Origin: Eledone cirrhosa
Taxonomy: Eukaryota
DNA length: 64,000 nucleotides
Assembly (NCBI GenBank): GCA_964016885.1
Contig: OZ024743.1
Coordinates: 241,676,001-241,740,000, forward strand
Direction of reading: 5' to 3'
Made by a program: the position numbers and the translations under genes. Shown here piece by piece: positions 1-12,190 of this stretch (positions within the stretch are counted from its first letter, which is position 1; each line of letters begins with the position of its first letter). The notes beneath the pieces were generated by a model that was not told the DNA's origin, did no database searches, and saw nothing but the letters and a program-made list of their open reading frames with translations.

Positions 1-226
1 TTATCTTCTTCATAACTTCTGTATTTTTATTTTCCTCATAATTATCTGTCAATTCAGCTTTATTTTAAACCTGTTGGCTTCCTTGAAGATAGAAAACATC
101 TTTTTTTGTTGTTGTTTTGTTCCTGTTTAGTCGCTATATGTATTAACTTTCCATCATCATCATCATTATTATTATTATATATGTTTTTCTTCTCCCTTCA
201 GTTTTGTTTCCATTTCTTGCCGAGTG

Positions 227-274
<48 letters not shown>

Positions 275-311
275 GGCCTTGTGCCAAAAGTAGAAACAAT
301 TATTATTATTA

Positions 312-822
312 TTGTTCTTTGAGTCGCAGTCATTGATATTATTTAAATGGAAAGTTTGTTGAAATGAATATCAAGCCGCTACCTGTAGCTTCAGATATTC
401 AGGACGTATCGGAGGGTTCTTGCTGTTCCCAGCAAGCATGCCTTTTGAAGTGTTCCAAAAGGCGGAGCTGGACTAATCTTCTTTAACCATCCTTTGAAAC
501 TCTTTGAGATAGTATCTAGTGCGCCTATGACAATCGGGACGAGCTTGATTTCATGGCAGTTCCAAATCCTTTTAACTCCCAATTTAAGTCCTGGTATCGG
601 TGTAATTTTCTCCCTCTCCTTTTCTTGCACTCCCGTGTCAAATGGGCAGGCTACATTTACAATCATGCACGATCTTTTTTCCTTGTCAAAAACCACCAGG
701 CCAGGACTATTGTGTTCTAATTTCTTCTCCGTCTGTATTCTAAAACCCCATAGCACCTTAAGCTGATCGTTTTCTATCACCCACTTTGGCTTATGCTCAT
801 ACCACTTCTCAGAATGTGGTAA
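312..822 (-). mobile_element. 5'-truncated R4/Dong-like non-LTR retrotransposon 3' end (restriction-like endonuclease domain plus 3' UTR)
   Basis: ORF 391-780 reads KVLWGFRIQTEKKLEHNSPGLVVFDK..CMIVNVACPFD..PIVIGAL (degenerate HNRPD..DVACP RLE motif). (ATT)n lies on both sides. Same family as 6353-6988. Confidence 0.85.
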
Positions 823-854
<32 letters not shown>

Positions 855-1842
855 GAGTGGTTCCTTAATGTGAGTATTGCGTGGCTTAAGAATGAAATTA
901 TTATTAATAATATAATATACTTTTTGTTGAAGTTGCCTGTTATTGTTGTTGGCTATGTCGGTGGTGGTGCTGGGGCATTTTCTATTGTTGGTGGGGAAGG
1001 GGAGAGCCAGCAGTGCCATAGTCGTTGACGTTTGACCGGGTCACTAAGTCAGTCTATTTATATCTTTTGCTAGCCTCTCCCTTGTCTAGTGATACCGCCA
1101 CCTTCCCCTTTCTTAAGTTAACAGAAGGTAGTGGGGAAATAGTGTTGGTATCAAGGAAGGAGTGGTGGCGGCGTTATGTGATAGTGGTTGCAATAATGGA
1201 GTGGTGGCGGCGGTGACTATAGTGATGGGAGAGTGGTAGCAATGATGGAGTGGTGGCGGCGGTGACTATAGTGATGGCGTTGCGTTACTGAGTTTTGTTG
1301 AATAGACTGTAGTAGTATACGTTTGTTTGATCTGTGTATCTATGCGTTTTGTCGCGTATGTTTAATATATGTGTTGACATATTATCTTAATATTTGAATT
1401 AAACATTTTGAGAAAACTTGAGATACACTAATAGTAATTATTATTATTATGCTGGGATTGGTGGTGGTGGTGGTGGTGAAATTGCCGTTATCTGTCTGTT
1501 GTATTTAGTGTACACAGAGGGGTGATGGAACAGGTTATGTATCTAGTTTGTGGTGTTGGTGAAATTGCTGTTATTTGGCTGTTCTATATAGTGTAGAGAG
1601 AGGGGGTTTTCTTCCATTTATAACCATTTTCATTTTTTAATATAAAATTTATAATACAAAATTGAATATTTGAACGATATAACAGGATATTATGGATCAG
1701 AATTTGCTGAGAGTCAGTCTGGTGCTTTATGTCTCATTTCTACTAAGAATTGTTATATCACAATTGTTTTAAATATGTTAAAAATCAAAAACTTACGGGA
1801 GCGATTCCATAACATTCTATCCACCATGTACGTCCCCTTCAC

Positions 1843-1892
<50 letters not shown>

Positions 1893-2385
1893 GGCGACCT
1901 ACGTAGTAAATCGTATTATCGTGAGCTCCGCAAAGGTTTATTTCCGTTTGTTAAAAATTGCCATTTATGGAAAATTTTTATTGTTAACTATATATAAGCG
2001 CACATACATTGTTTTTCGAAAAGGACAACCAAAAAGATTGGGGCCTTGTGCCCAATATTTAAACTTTTATGATTATCAAAAATTTCTTTGAAAAAAAAAT
2101 GGCTTATTCACCTCTGCACCAAGCAGCTGAAAGCCTTCCTCACAAATTAACACCTCACACCGACACCACCATTGTAAATGTTACTACGTTTGCCAACACT
2201 AAAAAAAATATAAGCAGTTGCAATATTTTAAATTTGTCTCAGGCAGACATTCATTTCCCGCCATTACCAATGACTGCAGGTGTTAAAGCCGCCACCACCG
2301 CGACAACCCCCACCCCCCACCACCACCGCGATAACAGAAACAAAAGGAAAAAATAAATCATGATGTCGAAATAATTGCAACCAAA

Positions 2386-3953
2386 ATGGACTCTTCCACT
2401 TCCACACCGAAAACCACTGACGTCACCACCACCACAACTGAAACTAAAATTAATAATAACAAAAATAACGATAGCAACAACAACAACAATGACATTAAAA
2501 AAAACCACCCTGAGTTTTGCCAGAGTAGCAAAACAATTCGAAGCATTTACGGTAACTCAGGAGGATTTAGAAAATGCCAAATAAATGGTAAAGAAAGATG
2601 GGTACAGGGTCAGCCCCCCCCCCCCCCACCTAATAAAATGGAGCATCGGCGCCTATGCACCGTGTCGTATCGAACAATAAATGTAAAATCGCGCCAAGTG
2701 GAACGGGCATTCGAGTCCCAAATCCCAAAAGCTTTGGGACATGTGTGGGCAAGAAAAACCCACATTAGACGTGGACAAAAGTATGGAACCGTGGACGTGT
2801 TCTTTGAAACACCAGAGGAGGCTAGAGAACACTCCATGGCCCCATTAAGAAGTGACGACTTCACACTCGTCCCAAGCTATTGTGGCCAGAGGCTCGTAAA
2901 GATCAGGGTAACACACGTTTCACCGGCCATCAAAATTCCCTGGCTAATAGCGGCTGTCCTCGCCGGCATCGAAGCCAACACAAAGATAATAGCAATAGCA
3001 AAAGAAAAGCAGGAGAACTGGTCCGGATCTGGGATGGAGCTCCTGATCCAAGCGGACCAAAAAAGCATTGAGGAGATCCCAGAGGTAATAGACCTCACTG
3101 ACGGCAGCCACCTCACCGTAATTGTCGAGGGCAGAAGGCCTAGGTGTGTCGTTTGTGGTGAAGGAACCCACCTAAGGGCTTTCTGCCCTCAGGCTAAAAG
3201 GTTGAGGCCACCTCTCCTACCCAACCAGTGACACAACCATCAACACCACCAGTAGCAGATATGGCAGCAACAACTGTAGCAGCAACAACAGAAGCAACTA
3301 TAACAGCAACAACCCCAGCAACAGTAGCAAAACCAACACCACCACCACCAGCAAAACCAACACCAGCACCACCCAACGCTTCAGAACTAGCACCAGCGCC
3401 TACACCATCCACCACACCACAACCAAAACTAACGCCTGTGGAGGATTTTCCACTCCCCGGCCTATCACAACTGGAGACAGATTGTGATGACGAGGAGTGG
3501 GAAACGGTATCAGGAAAAAAAAAAGAAACAAAAAAAGAAAAAAATTCTCTTCCTTCCCCCTCCAAAAACAAAATACAGAGGGAAACAAATAAATTAACAA
3601 ACAAAAAAGTTAGGACAGATATGCCACCATCCACACCAGCATCACCAACCCCATCAACCCAAACACCAACACCATCACCATCATTAACCCCAACACCACC
3701 ATCACCTACACCACAAAAGTCACCAAAATGCGAAATAGAAACAAACCTACAACAAACACAAACAAAACAAAACAACCAAAACGATACACACTACACAGCA
3801 TTAAATTTGAACAACAAGCAATTATTACACTACATCCAACACAACAACAGCATCACAGAAAAAGACTACACAACAACTCCAAAATTCACACCACCTCCAG
3901 ACGTACAAATCACTCGCATCACACAGAAAACCTACATGACACGAAAACAATAA
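2386..3953 (+). pseudogene. LINE ORF1 (gag-like) with CX2CX4HX4C zinc knuckle and Pro/Thr-rich tail, probably frameshifted near 3230
   Basis: CVVCGEGTHLRAFC near the end of ORF 2386-3231; overlapping Pro-rich ORF 3228-3953; lies directly upstream of the APE ORF. Confidence 0.75.
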
Positions 3954-4118
3954 TTCCCCAAAGACATCGGAGACTTCCGACAAGCACTCTCCAGGGGGAT
4001 TTATAAGGACATCCTTCCTGAGGAGGCCACAAGCAGAGAAAAGGATGGAAAAAAACGTCCTTCCCCTACGGAGGGGTAAGGTAAGTGGTCTTTCCCATCT
4101 TTTCCACTCCTTTTCAAC

Positions 4119-6025
4119 ATGACCTCACTCAGAATAGGCAGCATAAATGCGCGTGGCTTGGGGTCGTCATGGAAGCAGGGCCACCTGCTCAAAGACCTCA
4201 GGTCACTAAACATAGATGTAGTGGCCATCAGCGAGACCAGAATCTCCGAAGCACGGGCCTTCGCACCGATCTTCGGCGGCTACGATGTGTACGCATCTCC
4301 CAGCCGTCCTGGATCGGAGGGAGGAGTTGCTGTGCTTTTTCAGAGAGGTTTGGATCTTGCCATACGGGCCATCTTCCTGGACCCAGAAGGTAAGTTGATG
4401 GTGCTGGACGTGACCAGAGGAGACGGGCAAGCTTTCATATTAGTGGACGCCTATGCCCCGACAAGAGCAGGGCGGCCTGAGTTCTTCCGGCGTCTGGAGA
4501 CCTTTCTTGGAACGTACCGTTCTTTAGTGTTAGTGGGCGACTGGAACGGGATCTTAGATGCACGCTGGGATTGTGTGGGATTAGCGGATAGGGGTGGAGA
4601 GTGCAAGAGCCTCACCAACCTGCTCAAGCGTTTTGAACTGTCTGACAGGTACCGATTAGATTTCCCGAATGTGCCAATGTGGACTTGGACAAATCGCATA
4701 GGGTCATCCAGATCATATCTAGATAAAGTATTTTGTAGGGAAATAGATAGGTCTAGCATAGGCTGTCCACAATTCAAGATAGTCAGCTACACGGCCCACA
4801 AATTCGTGATCTGTGTACTTGACTTAGATAGGCTTCATAGGCGAGGACCCGGCTACTGGAAGCTAAACGCGTCCTTACCAGCGCGCAAGGCCTACAGAGA
4901 CCGGATTAGCGAACTAGTTAAGCGGGCGTTGACGGGGGCCATCGTCAACAACAAGTGGTGGTTTGCTCTGAAAAGAGCAATTAGAATAGAGTCCATTAGG
5001 TTTAGTAAGGCTTTAGCAATAGAGAAAAATAGAGCAGAGGGAGAATTAGTTAAAAAATTAGACGAGGCGCTTAGCAACGGCATCGCGACCGACGTACTTG
5101 CGGCGAAATTGGCCCTTGACCAATTCTTCAATGCAAAGCACGAAAGCTGCGTTGTCAGAGCTAGGGTGCGTGCTCTCAGACACGAGGCGACGAAAGCTGT
5201 TCAATGGGCCCGAGTGGCGGAGGCGCGTCGTGGCAATAAAGCCACGATCCGGTCTTTGGTGGACCACGACGGGCGCATGCTACTCGATCCCGGGCAAATG
5301 TGTGAAACTTTTCAGCGACACTTAGCTCAGCTGTTCGGGGGCAGTGGCGGGATGGACTTTAGTGTCTACCTCGACGGACTGCCGCGGCTTTCGGCCACTG
5401 AGGCGGAGTGTTGCGAAAAGCCGATAACAACCGCTGAAGTACGGGAGGCAATGACTGGCTGCACAAGGGGTAAATCGCCTGGTTTGGATAGTCTGCCCTA
5501 TTAACTTTACGTACAAATGCCAGACTTGTTCGGAGGCCTCTTGGCGGACGTCTACTGCAACTGGCAACAGAACGGGAGAATTCCCAGCTCTGTGAGCCGA
5601 GGAGCGGTGGCGCTGCTGCGAAAGGATCCGAACAAGGGGGATAACAGATAATTTTAGGCCTATAACTCTGCTAAACACAGAGGTCAAGATTTTGGCCAAG
5701 GTGCTAGCAAAGAGGTTGGCGCTTGTCGTTGGTGGTCTGGTGGGAGAGGTACAGACATGTGCCATTCCCGACAGATCCATCCACGACAACCTCCACCTCA
5801 TGCGATACATCGTAGAGAGGGTAGCTAGGGAACCTGGCACGGGTGGGTCTTTGATCAATTTAGATCAGTCGAAAGCCTTCGATAGGGTCGACCATCGTTA
5901 CCTAGCGGCAGTCCTGAGGGCGGCTGGCTTTGGGCCCGTCTTCAGAGGCTGGATGGCTGCCATGCACAGCGACATCTGCTCTGTAGTGGGAGTGAACGGT
6001 CACCTTTCGGAACCGTTCAACATCA
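4119..6025 (+). pseudogene. LINE ORF2: APE endonuclease plus N-terminal reverse transcriptase, disrupted
   Basis: Motifs SINARGL, VAISET, LVGDWN, SYLDKVF, TAHK, GPGYWKLN, KSPGLDSLP, LDQSKAFDRVDH. In-frame stop at 5502-5504 and a frameshift near 5650. Confidence 0.92.
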
Positions 6026-6029
6026 TGCG

Positions 6030-6352
6030 TCAGTCTGCCAAGGATCTTCCTGAGCAGGTTGGTGAGGCTCTTGCACTTCCCACCCCTATCCGCTACCTCG
6101 ATTTCTGAGGTGTCCGACACCATCACGGTGATGTCGTCCGCATAAGCCGACACAGCCTTTCCGTGTCCCGGTTCGAGCGGGATGCCCTGCAACAGCTCCA
6201 GCTTCCGCAGTAAAGGCTCGAGAGTCAATACGTACAGAAGGGAGGAGAGAGAGCACCCTTGACGGACCGATCGGGAGACCTGAAACGGTTCCAAGAGATG
6301 GCCATTAATTTTGACCATCGAGCAGGTGCCGCTGTGCATTGCAGCGATCCAT
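6030..6352 (-). mobile_element. Inverted fragments of a related Tx1 subfamily (RT core plus a short endonuclease-region piece)
   Basis: ORF 5902-6339(-) has VRQGCSLSSLLY and AYADDITV fused to ADRGGKCKSLTNLL, which matches 4583-4628. Confidence 0.8.
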
Positions 6353-6988
6353 CTGTGGACAGAGAGAGAGGAGATTGTGGCTCACATTGTATCCGAGTGT
6401 AAACACCTAGCCCAGACTCACTATAAAGGCTGGAGGCATGATGTGATGGGCAGGTTGATCCACTGGCACCTATGCAAAGTAAACAATTTACCACATTCTG
6501 AGAAGTGGTATGAGCATAAGCCAGAGTTGGTGATAGAAAACGATCAGGTGAAGGTGCTGTGGGATTTTAGGACACAGACGGACAAGAAACTGGAACACAA
6601 CAGACCTCTCCTGGTGGTTTTGGACAAGGAAAAAAGATCGTGCCTGATTGTGGATGTGGCCTGCCCATTCGACACGAGAGTGTAAGAAAAGGAGAGGGAG
6701 AAAATCAACCGATACCTGGGCTTAAAGTGGGAGGTAAAAAGGATTTGGAACTGCCATGAAGTGAAAGAGGTCCCGATTGTCATAGGTGCACTAGGTACTA
6801 TCTCCAAAAGTTTCCAGGGATGGTTAAAGAAAATTGGCCCCGCCCCGCTTTTTGGAACACTTCAAAAGGCATGCTTGCTGGGAACAGCAAGAACCCACCG
6901 ATACGTCCTGATAGGCTGCAGGTAGTGGCGTGATATTCATTTCAACAAACTTTCCAGTTAACTAACATCAATGACTGAGACTCAAATA
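6353..6988 (+). mobile_element. 5'-truncated R4/Dong-like retrotransposon (CCHC finger, RHD, RLE domain, 3' UTR)
   Basis: EIVAHIVSEC, WRHD, HNRPLLVVLDK, IVDVACPFD. 3' UTR matches the reverse complement of 312-390 and ends in (AAT)n. Confidence 0.88.
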
Positions 6989-6990
6989 AC

Positions 6991-7035
<45 letters not shown>

Positions 7036-7036
<1 letters not shown>

Positions 7037-8373
7037 TTTTCTTTATTAACCACAAGGGTTTACATAAAGTAGACATTAAAGACAGTACAGGACAATACAG
7101 GACGGTACAAATCGGCATTTCTGCGTGTAAAAAAAACAGAGGATGTAATAAAATAACAAAGAAAAAATTCCCCAATAGGGGGGGGAGACTTCCGAGGGAC
7201 ATTTGTGGAGAAAGCCCATTAAAAGACCACAGTGGCCCTGACCACCAGGGCAAGTGCCCTCTCCCAGTTTTCCACCTTTAATATACAGACACATACTCAG
7301 AGAAGTGCCATTCATTCGGGCCATACTTGCTTCTCTCACCCAACTTTCAACAAAATGCTGGGAAGAGAGCACTTCCCTCTCTACCGTGATTTTCCTTTTC
7401 AAATGAAATTTGAAAAAGTTAATCAGGGCATCACCGAAGAGGTAAGTGCTCGTCTTCAGCCCTTTCAAACGTGTCCACCATACTTTCTCTTTCGCCATGG
7501 CCACCAGACAGATAAAAACTGCCTGCCCTTCCCGGCTAAAGGAAGAGGGCGGGGCAATCCTCACGATGGACTCAGCTGATAGCTGGATCCGTCCTACACG
7601 TGACAGCAGGTGTTCGACATAAACTCGACATAAACAAGTCAGCAATGCTCGGACACTGGGCGAGTGCGTGCAGGACGGTTTCGTCGCCCTGTGCGCCTCT
7701 CGGATATGCCCGGCTGACGGCACCTCCATGCCTGTAGAGTTTATCCCGAACTGTCAAAGCTCCCCGGTAGCACTGCCAGGCCAGGGATTTATGGAAGTTG
7801 TCCATAGGCCCCGGCCCGAAAGTCCTTCCGAAGAGATTGGCTAGTTGATTTTCTTCGACGCCTAGAGTTTCTCCAAGTACGTCGTCGCTCTTCCCCTCCA
7901 CTAATCCTCTATAGAACGCCAAGATGGAGTTTTCACCGATCACATTTCCCGATTGGTCGAGGGCTGTGAGCGCCTGAAGACATTCCAGTCTCCAAGCGCT
8001 CCCTCTCGGTCTTTGCTCACCCAGGACTGCAGCTCCGTCAAGGAGACGAGCTGGGGAAAAAACGTGTCTAGCAAACGGCGACCACACCTGATCACCGTCG
8101 AGGAAGAGGTGGAGATGTCGTAACCTGAGCGCGTGTCTGCGCATCATCAGCCACGGCATGCCCAGCCCTCCACGTAGCGGGTGTTGACAGCAGATGGACC
8201 ACCTAACCATCGGAGCACGTCCCTTCCACAAGAAGCGAAAGAGCAAACGCTCCAGCGCAGTCAGGCGAGGTACGGCGGTCAGGCGGTAGTAGATGACGGA
8301 CGCGATGTACGCGTTAGCCACCTCCGCTCGACCTTTCAGGGATAGCTTCCTCTCAGCCCATTTCTGGGTGAGA
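7036..8373 (-). mobile_element. Tx1-clade LINE 3' fragment (RT C-terminus, zf-RVT-like region, 3' UTR)
   Basis: LSLKGRAEVAN, GGLGMP, DETVLHALAQC. Inverted near-copy of 9588-10935 with an (ATT)n tail at 6989-7035. Confidence 0.9.
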
Positions 8374-10935
8374 GAGGCGCGTCGTGGCAACAAAGCCACG
8401 ATCCGGTCTTTGGTGGACCACGACGGGCGAATGCTACTCGATCCCGGGCAAATGTGTGAAGCTTTTCAGCGACACTTCGCTCAGCTGTTGGGGGGCACCG
8501 GTGGGCCTGGTCGAGGGATAGACTTTAGTGTCTACCCCGACGGACTGCCGCGGCTTTCGGCCACTGAGGCGGAGTGTTGCAAAAAGCCGATAACAGCCGC
8601 TGAAGTAAGGGAGTCAATGACTGGCTGCACAAGGGGTAAATAACCTGGTTTGGATTGGCTGCCCTATGAACTTTACGTTCAGATGTCAGACTTGTTCGGA
8701 GGCCTCTTGGCGGACGTCTACTGCAACTGGCAACAGAACGGGAGAATTCCCAGCTCTGTGAGCCGAGGAGCGGTGGCACTGCTGAGAAAGGATCCGAACA
8801 AGGGGGATAACATAGATAATTTCAGGCCCATAACTCTGCTAAACACAGAGGTCAAGATTTTGGCCAAGGTGCTAGCAAAGAGGTTGGCGTTTGTCGTTGG
8901 TGGTCTGGTGGGAGAGGCGCAGACATGCGCCATTCCCGACAGATCCATCCACGACATTTCCACCTCATGGGATACATCGTAGAGAGGGTAGCTACGGAAC
9001 CTGGCACGGGTGGGTCCTTGATCAATTTAGATCAGTCGAAAGCCTTCGATAGGGTCGACCATCGTTACGTAGCGGCAGTCTTGAGGGCGGCTGGCTTTGG
9101 GCCCGTCTTCAGATTCTGGATCGCTGCCATGCATAGCGACATCTGCTCTGTGGTGAGAGTAAACGGTCACCTTTCGGAACATCATGCGCTTGGTCGGCCA
9201 AGGATGTCCCCTCTCGTCCCTCTTGTACGTATTGACTCTCGAGCCATTACTCCACGAACTGGAGACGTTGAGGGGGGTCCCGCGCGAACTAGGATGCGGA
9301 AGATCAGTGTCAGCTTATGCGGTCGATGTCACCGTAGTGGTGTCGAACGCCAAACACATCGAGGCGATCGGCACTAAACTAAGAGAATACGAAGCGGTGA
9401 CAGGAGCAATGATCAACCAGGAAACGTCAGTGGGCCTGCAGCTCGGCACCTGGAGAGGCAGGTCCATGCAGTCCAACAGCGTCGTCGGACGCTGGACGGA
9501 CGGACCGGATAAATTGCTAGGGGTCTGGTTCGGTCCGGACCTCCAGACGGACAAAAACTGGGACGAGGTGACGAGCAGGGTGGCTTCTCTCACCCAGAAA
9601 TGGGCGGAGAGGAAGCTATGCCTGAAAGGTCGAGCGGAGGTGGCTAACGCGTACATCGCGTCCGTCATCTACTACCGCCTGACTGTCGTACCTTGTCCTA
9701 AGCCTCGCCTGACTGCGCTGGAGCGTTTGCTCTTTCGCTTTTTTGTGGAAGGGACGCGCTCAGATGGTCAGGCGGTCCATCTCTTGTCAACACTCGCTAC
9801 GTGGAGGGCTGGGCATGCCGTGGCTGATGATGCGCAGGCACGCGCTCAGGCTACGACATCTCCACCTCTTCCTCGACGGTGATCAGGTGTGGTCGCCGTT
9901 TGCTAGACACGTATTTCCCCAGCTCGTTTCTTTGACGGAGCTGCAGTCCTGGGTCAAGTGAAGACCGAGAGGGAGCGCCTCGAAACTGGAATGTCTTCAG
10001 GCGCTCACAGCCCTCGACCAATCGGGCAATGTGATCGGTGGAAACTCCACCTCGGCGTTCTATAGAGGATTAGTGGAGGGGAAGAGCGACAACGTACTTG
10101 AGGAAACTCTAGCGTCGACGAAAATCAACTAGCCAATCTCTTCGGAAGAACTTTCGGGCCGGGGCCTATGGACAACTTCCAGAAATCCCTGGCCTGGCAG
10201 TGCTACCGAGGAGCCTTACCAGTTCGGGATAAACTCTACAGGCATGGAGTTGCCGTCAGCCGGGCATGTCCGAGATGCGCACAGGGCGACGAAACCGTCC
10301 TGCACGCACTCGTCCAGTGTCCGAAAATTGCAGGCTTGTGGGTTTATGTCGAACACCTGCTGTCACGTGTAGGACGGATCCGGCTACCATCTGAGTCCAT
10401 CGTGAGGATTGCCCCGCCCTTCTCCTTTAGCCGGGAAGGGCAGGCAGTTTTTATCTGTCCGGTGGCCATGGCGAAAGAGATAGTATGGTGGACACGTTTG
10501 AAAGGGCTGAAGACGAGCACTTACCTCTTCGGTGATGCCCTGATTGACTTTTTCAAATTTCATTTGAAAAGGAAAATCAGAGTAGAGAGGGAAGTGCTCT
10601 CTTCCCAGCATTTTGTTGAATGATGGGTGAGAGAAGCAAGAATGGCCCGAGTGAATGGGCATACTCTGAGTATATATCTGTAAATTAAAGGTGGAAAACT
10701 GGGAGAGGGCACTTGCCTTGGTGGTCAGGGTCACTGTGGCCTTTTACTGGGCTTTCTCCACAAATGTTCCTCCGAAGTCTACCCCCTATTGGGGAATTTT
10801 TCATTGTTATTTTTTTGTTAAATCCTCTGTTTTTATTTTTTTACACGCAGCAATGCCCATTTGTACCGTACTGTATTGTCCTGCACTGTTCTTAATGTCT
10901 ACTTTATTTAAACCCTTGTGGTTAATAAAGAAATC
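8374..10935 (+). mobile_element. 5'-truncated Tx1-clade LINE (frameshifted RT to 3' UTR)
   Basis: FRPITLLN, DQSKAFD, QGCPLS, AYAVD (degenerate YADD), LLGVWFG, CPRCAQGDETVLHALVQC. (ATT)n tail from 10936. Confidence 0.92.
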
Positions 10936-11003
10936 ATTATTATTATTATCTTCTTCCTTTATTATTATTATTATCTTCTTCCTTTTTTATTATTATTATT
11001 ATT

Positions 11004-12190
11004 TATGGAAGGGACGCGCTCCGATGGTCAGGCGGTCCATCTGCTGTCAACACCCGCTACATGGAAAGCTGGGAATGCCGTGGCTGATGATGCGCAGACA
11101 CGCGCTCAGGTTACGACATTTCCACCTCTTCCTCGACGGTGATCAGGTGTTGTCGCTGTTTGCTAGACGCGTCTTCCCCAGCTCGTCTCCTTGACGGAGC
11201 TGCAGTCCTGGGTCAAGCGAAGACCGAGAGGGAGCGCTTGGAGATTGGAATGTCTTCAGGCGCTCACAGCCCTCGACTAATCGGGCAATGTGATCGGTGG
11301 AAACGCCACCTTGGCGTTCTATAGAGGATTAGTGCAGGGGAAGTGCGTCGACGTACTTGGGGAAACTCTAGGCGTCGACGAAAATCAACTAGCCAATCTC
11401 TTTGGAAGAACTTTCGGGCCGGGCCCTATGGACAACTTCCAGAAATCCCTGGCCTGGCAGTGCTACCGAGGAGCTTTGCCAGTTCGGGATAAACTCTACA
11501 GGAATGGAGGTGCCGTCAGCCGGGCATGTCCGAGATGCGCGCAGGGCGACGAAACCGTCCTGCATGCACTCGTCCAGTGTCCGAGCATTGCTGACTTGTG
11601 GGTTTATGTCGAACACCTGCTGTCGCGTGTAGGACGGATCCAGATATCAGCTGAGTCCATCGTGAGGATTGCCCCGCCCTCTTCCTTTAGCCGGGAAGGG
11701 CAGGCAGTTTTTATCTGTCTGGTGGCCATGGCGAAAGAGATAGTATGGTGCACACGTTTGAAAGGGCTGATGACGAGCACTTACCTCTTCGGTGATGCCC
11801 TGATTAACAAATTTCATTTGAAAAGGAAAATCAGGGTAGAGAGGGAAGTGCTCTCTTAACAGCATTTTGTTGAAAGATGGGCGAGAGAGGCAAGAATGGC
11901 CCGAGTGAATGGGCCTACTCTGAGTATGTATCTGTAAATTAAAGGTGGAAAACTGGGATAGAGCACTTGCCCTGGTGGTCAGGGTCATTGTAGCTTTTTA
12001 ATGGGCTTTGTTTACGAATATCCCTCGTAAGTCTCCCCCCTATTCGGGATTTTTTTCATTGTTTCTATTATTACATCCTCTGTTTCTTGTTTTTTTACAC
12101 GCAGAAATGCCCATTTGTACCGTCCTGTATTGTCCTGTACTGTCCTTAAGGTCTACTTTATGTAAACCCTTGTATTTAATAAGAAAGCAT
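11004..12190 (+). mobile_element. 5'-truncated Tx1-clade LINE 3' end, tandem copy
   Basis: Near-copy of 9745-10935. Begins in the (ATT)n tail of the previous copy and ends in attattatt. Confidence 0.9.

Larger units (their letters stand above)
1893..6025 (+). mobile_element. Tx1/L1-clade LINE, 5' portion (5' UTR, ORF1, APE-RT ORF2), 3' end interrupted
   Basis: Starts right after (ATT)n at 1844-1892. Carries a zinc-knuckle ORF1 followed by an APE endonuclease and the start of RT. Confidence 0.85.
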
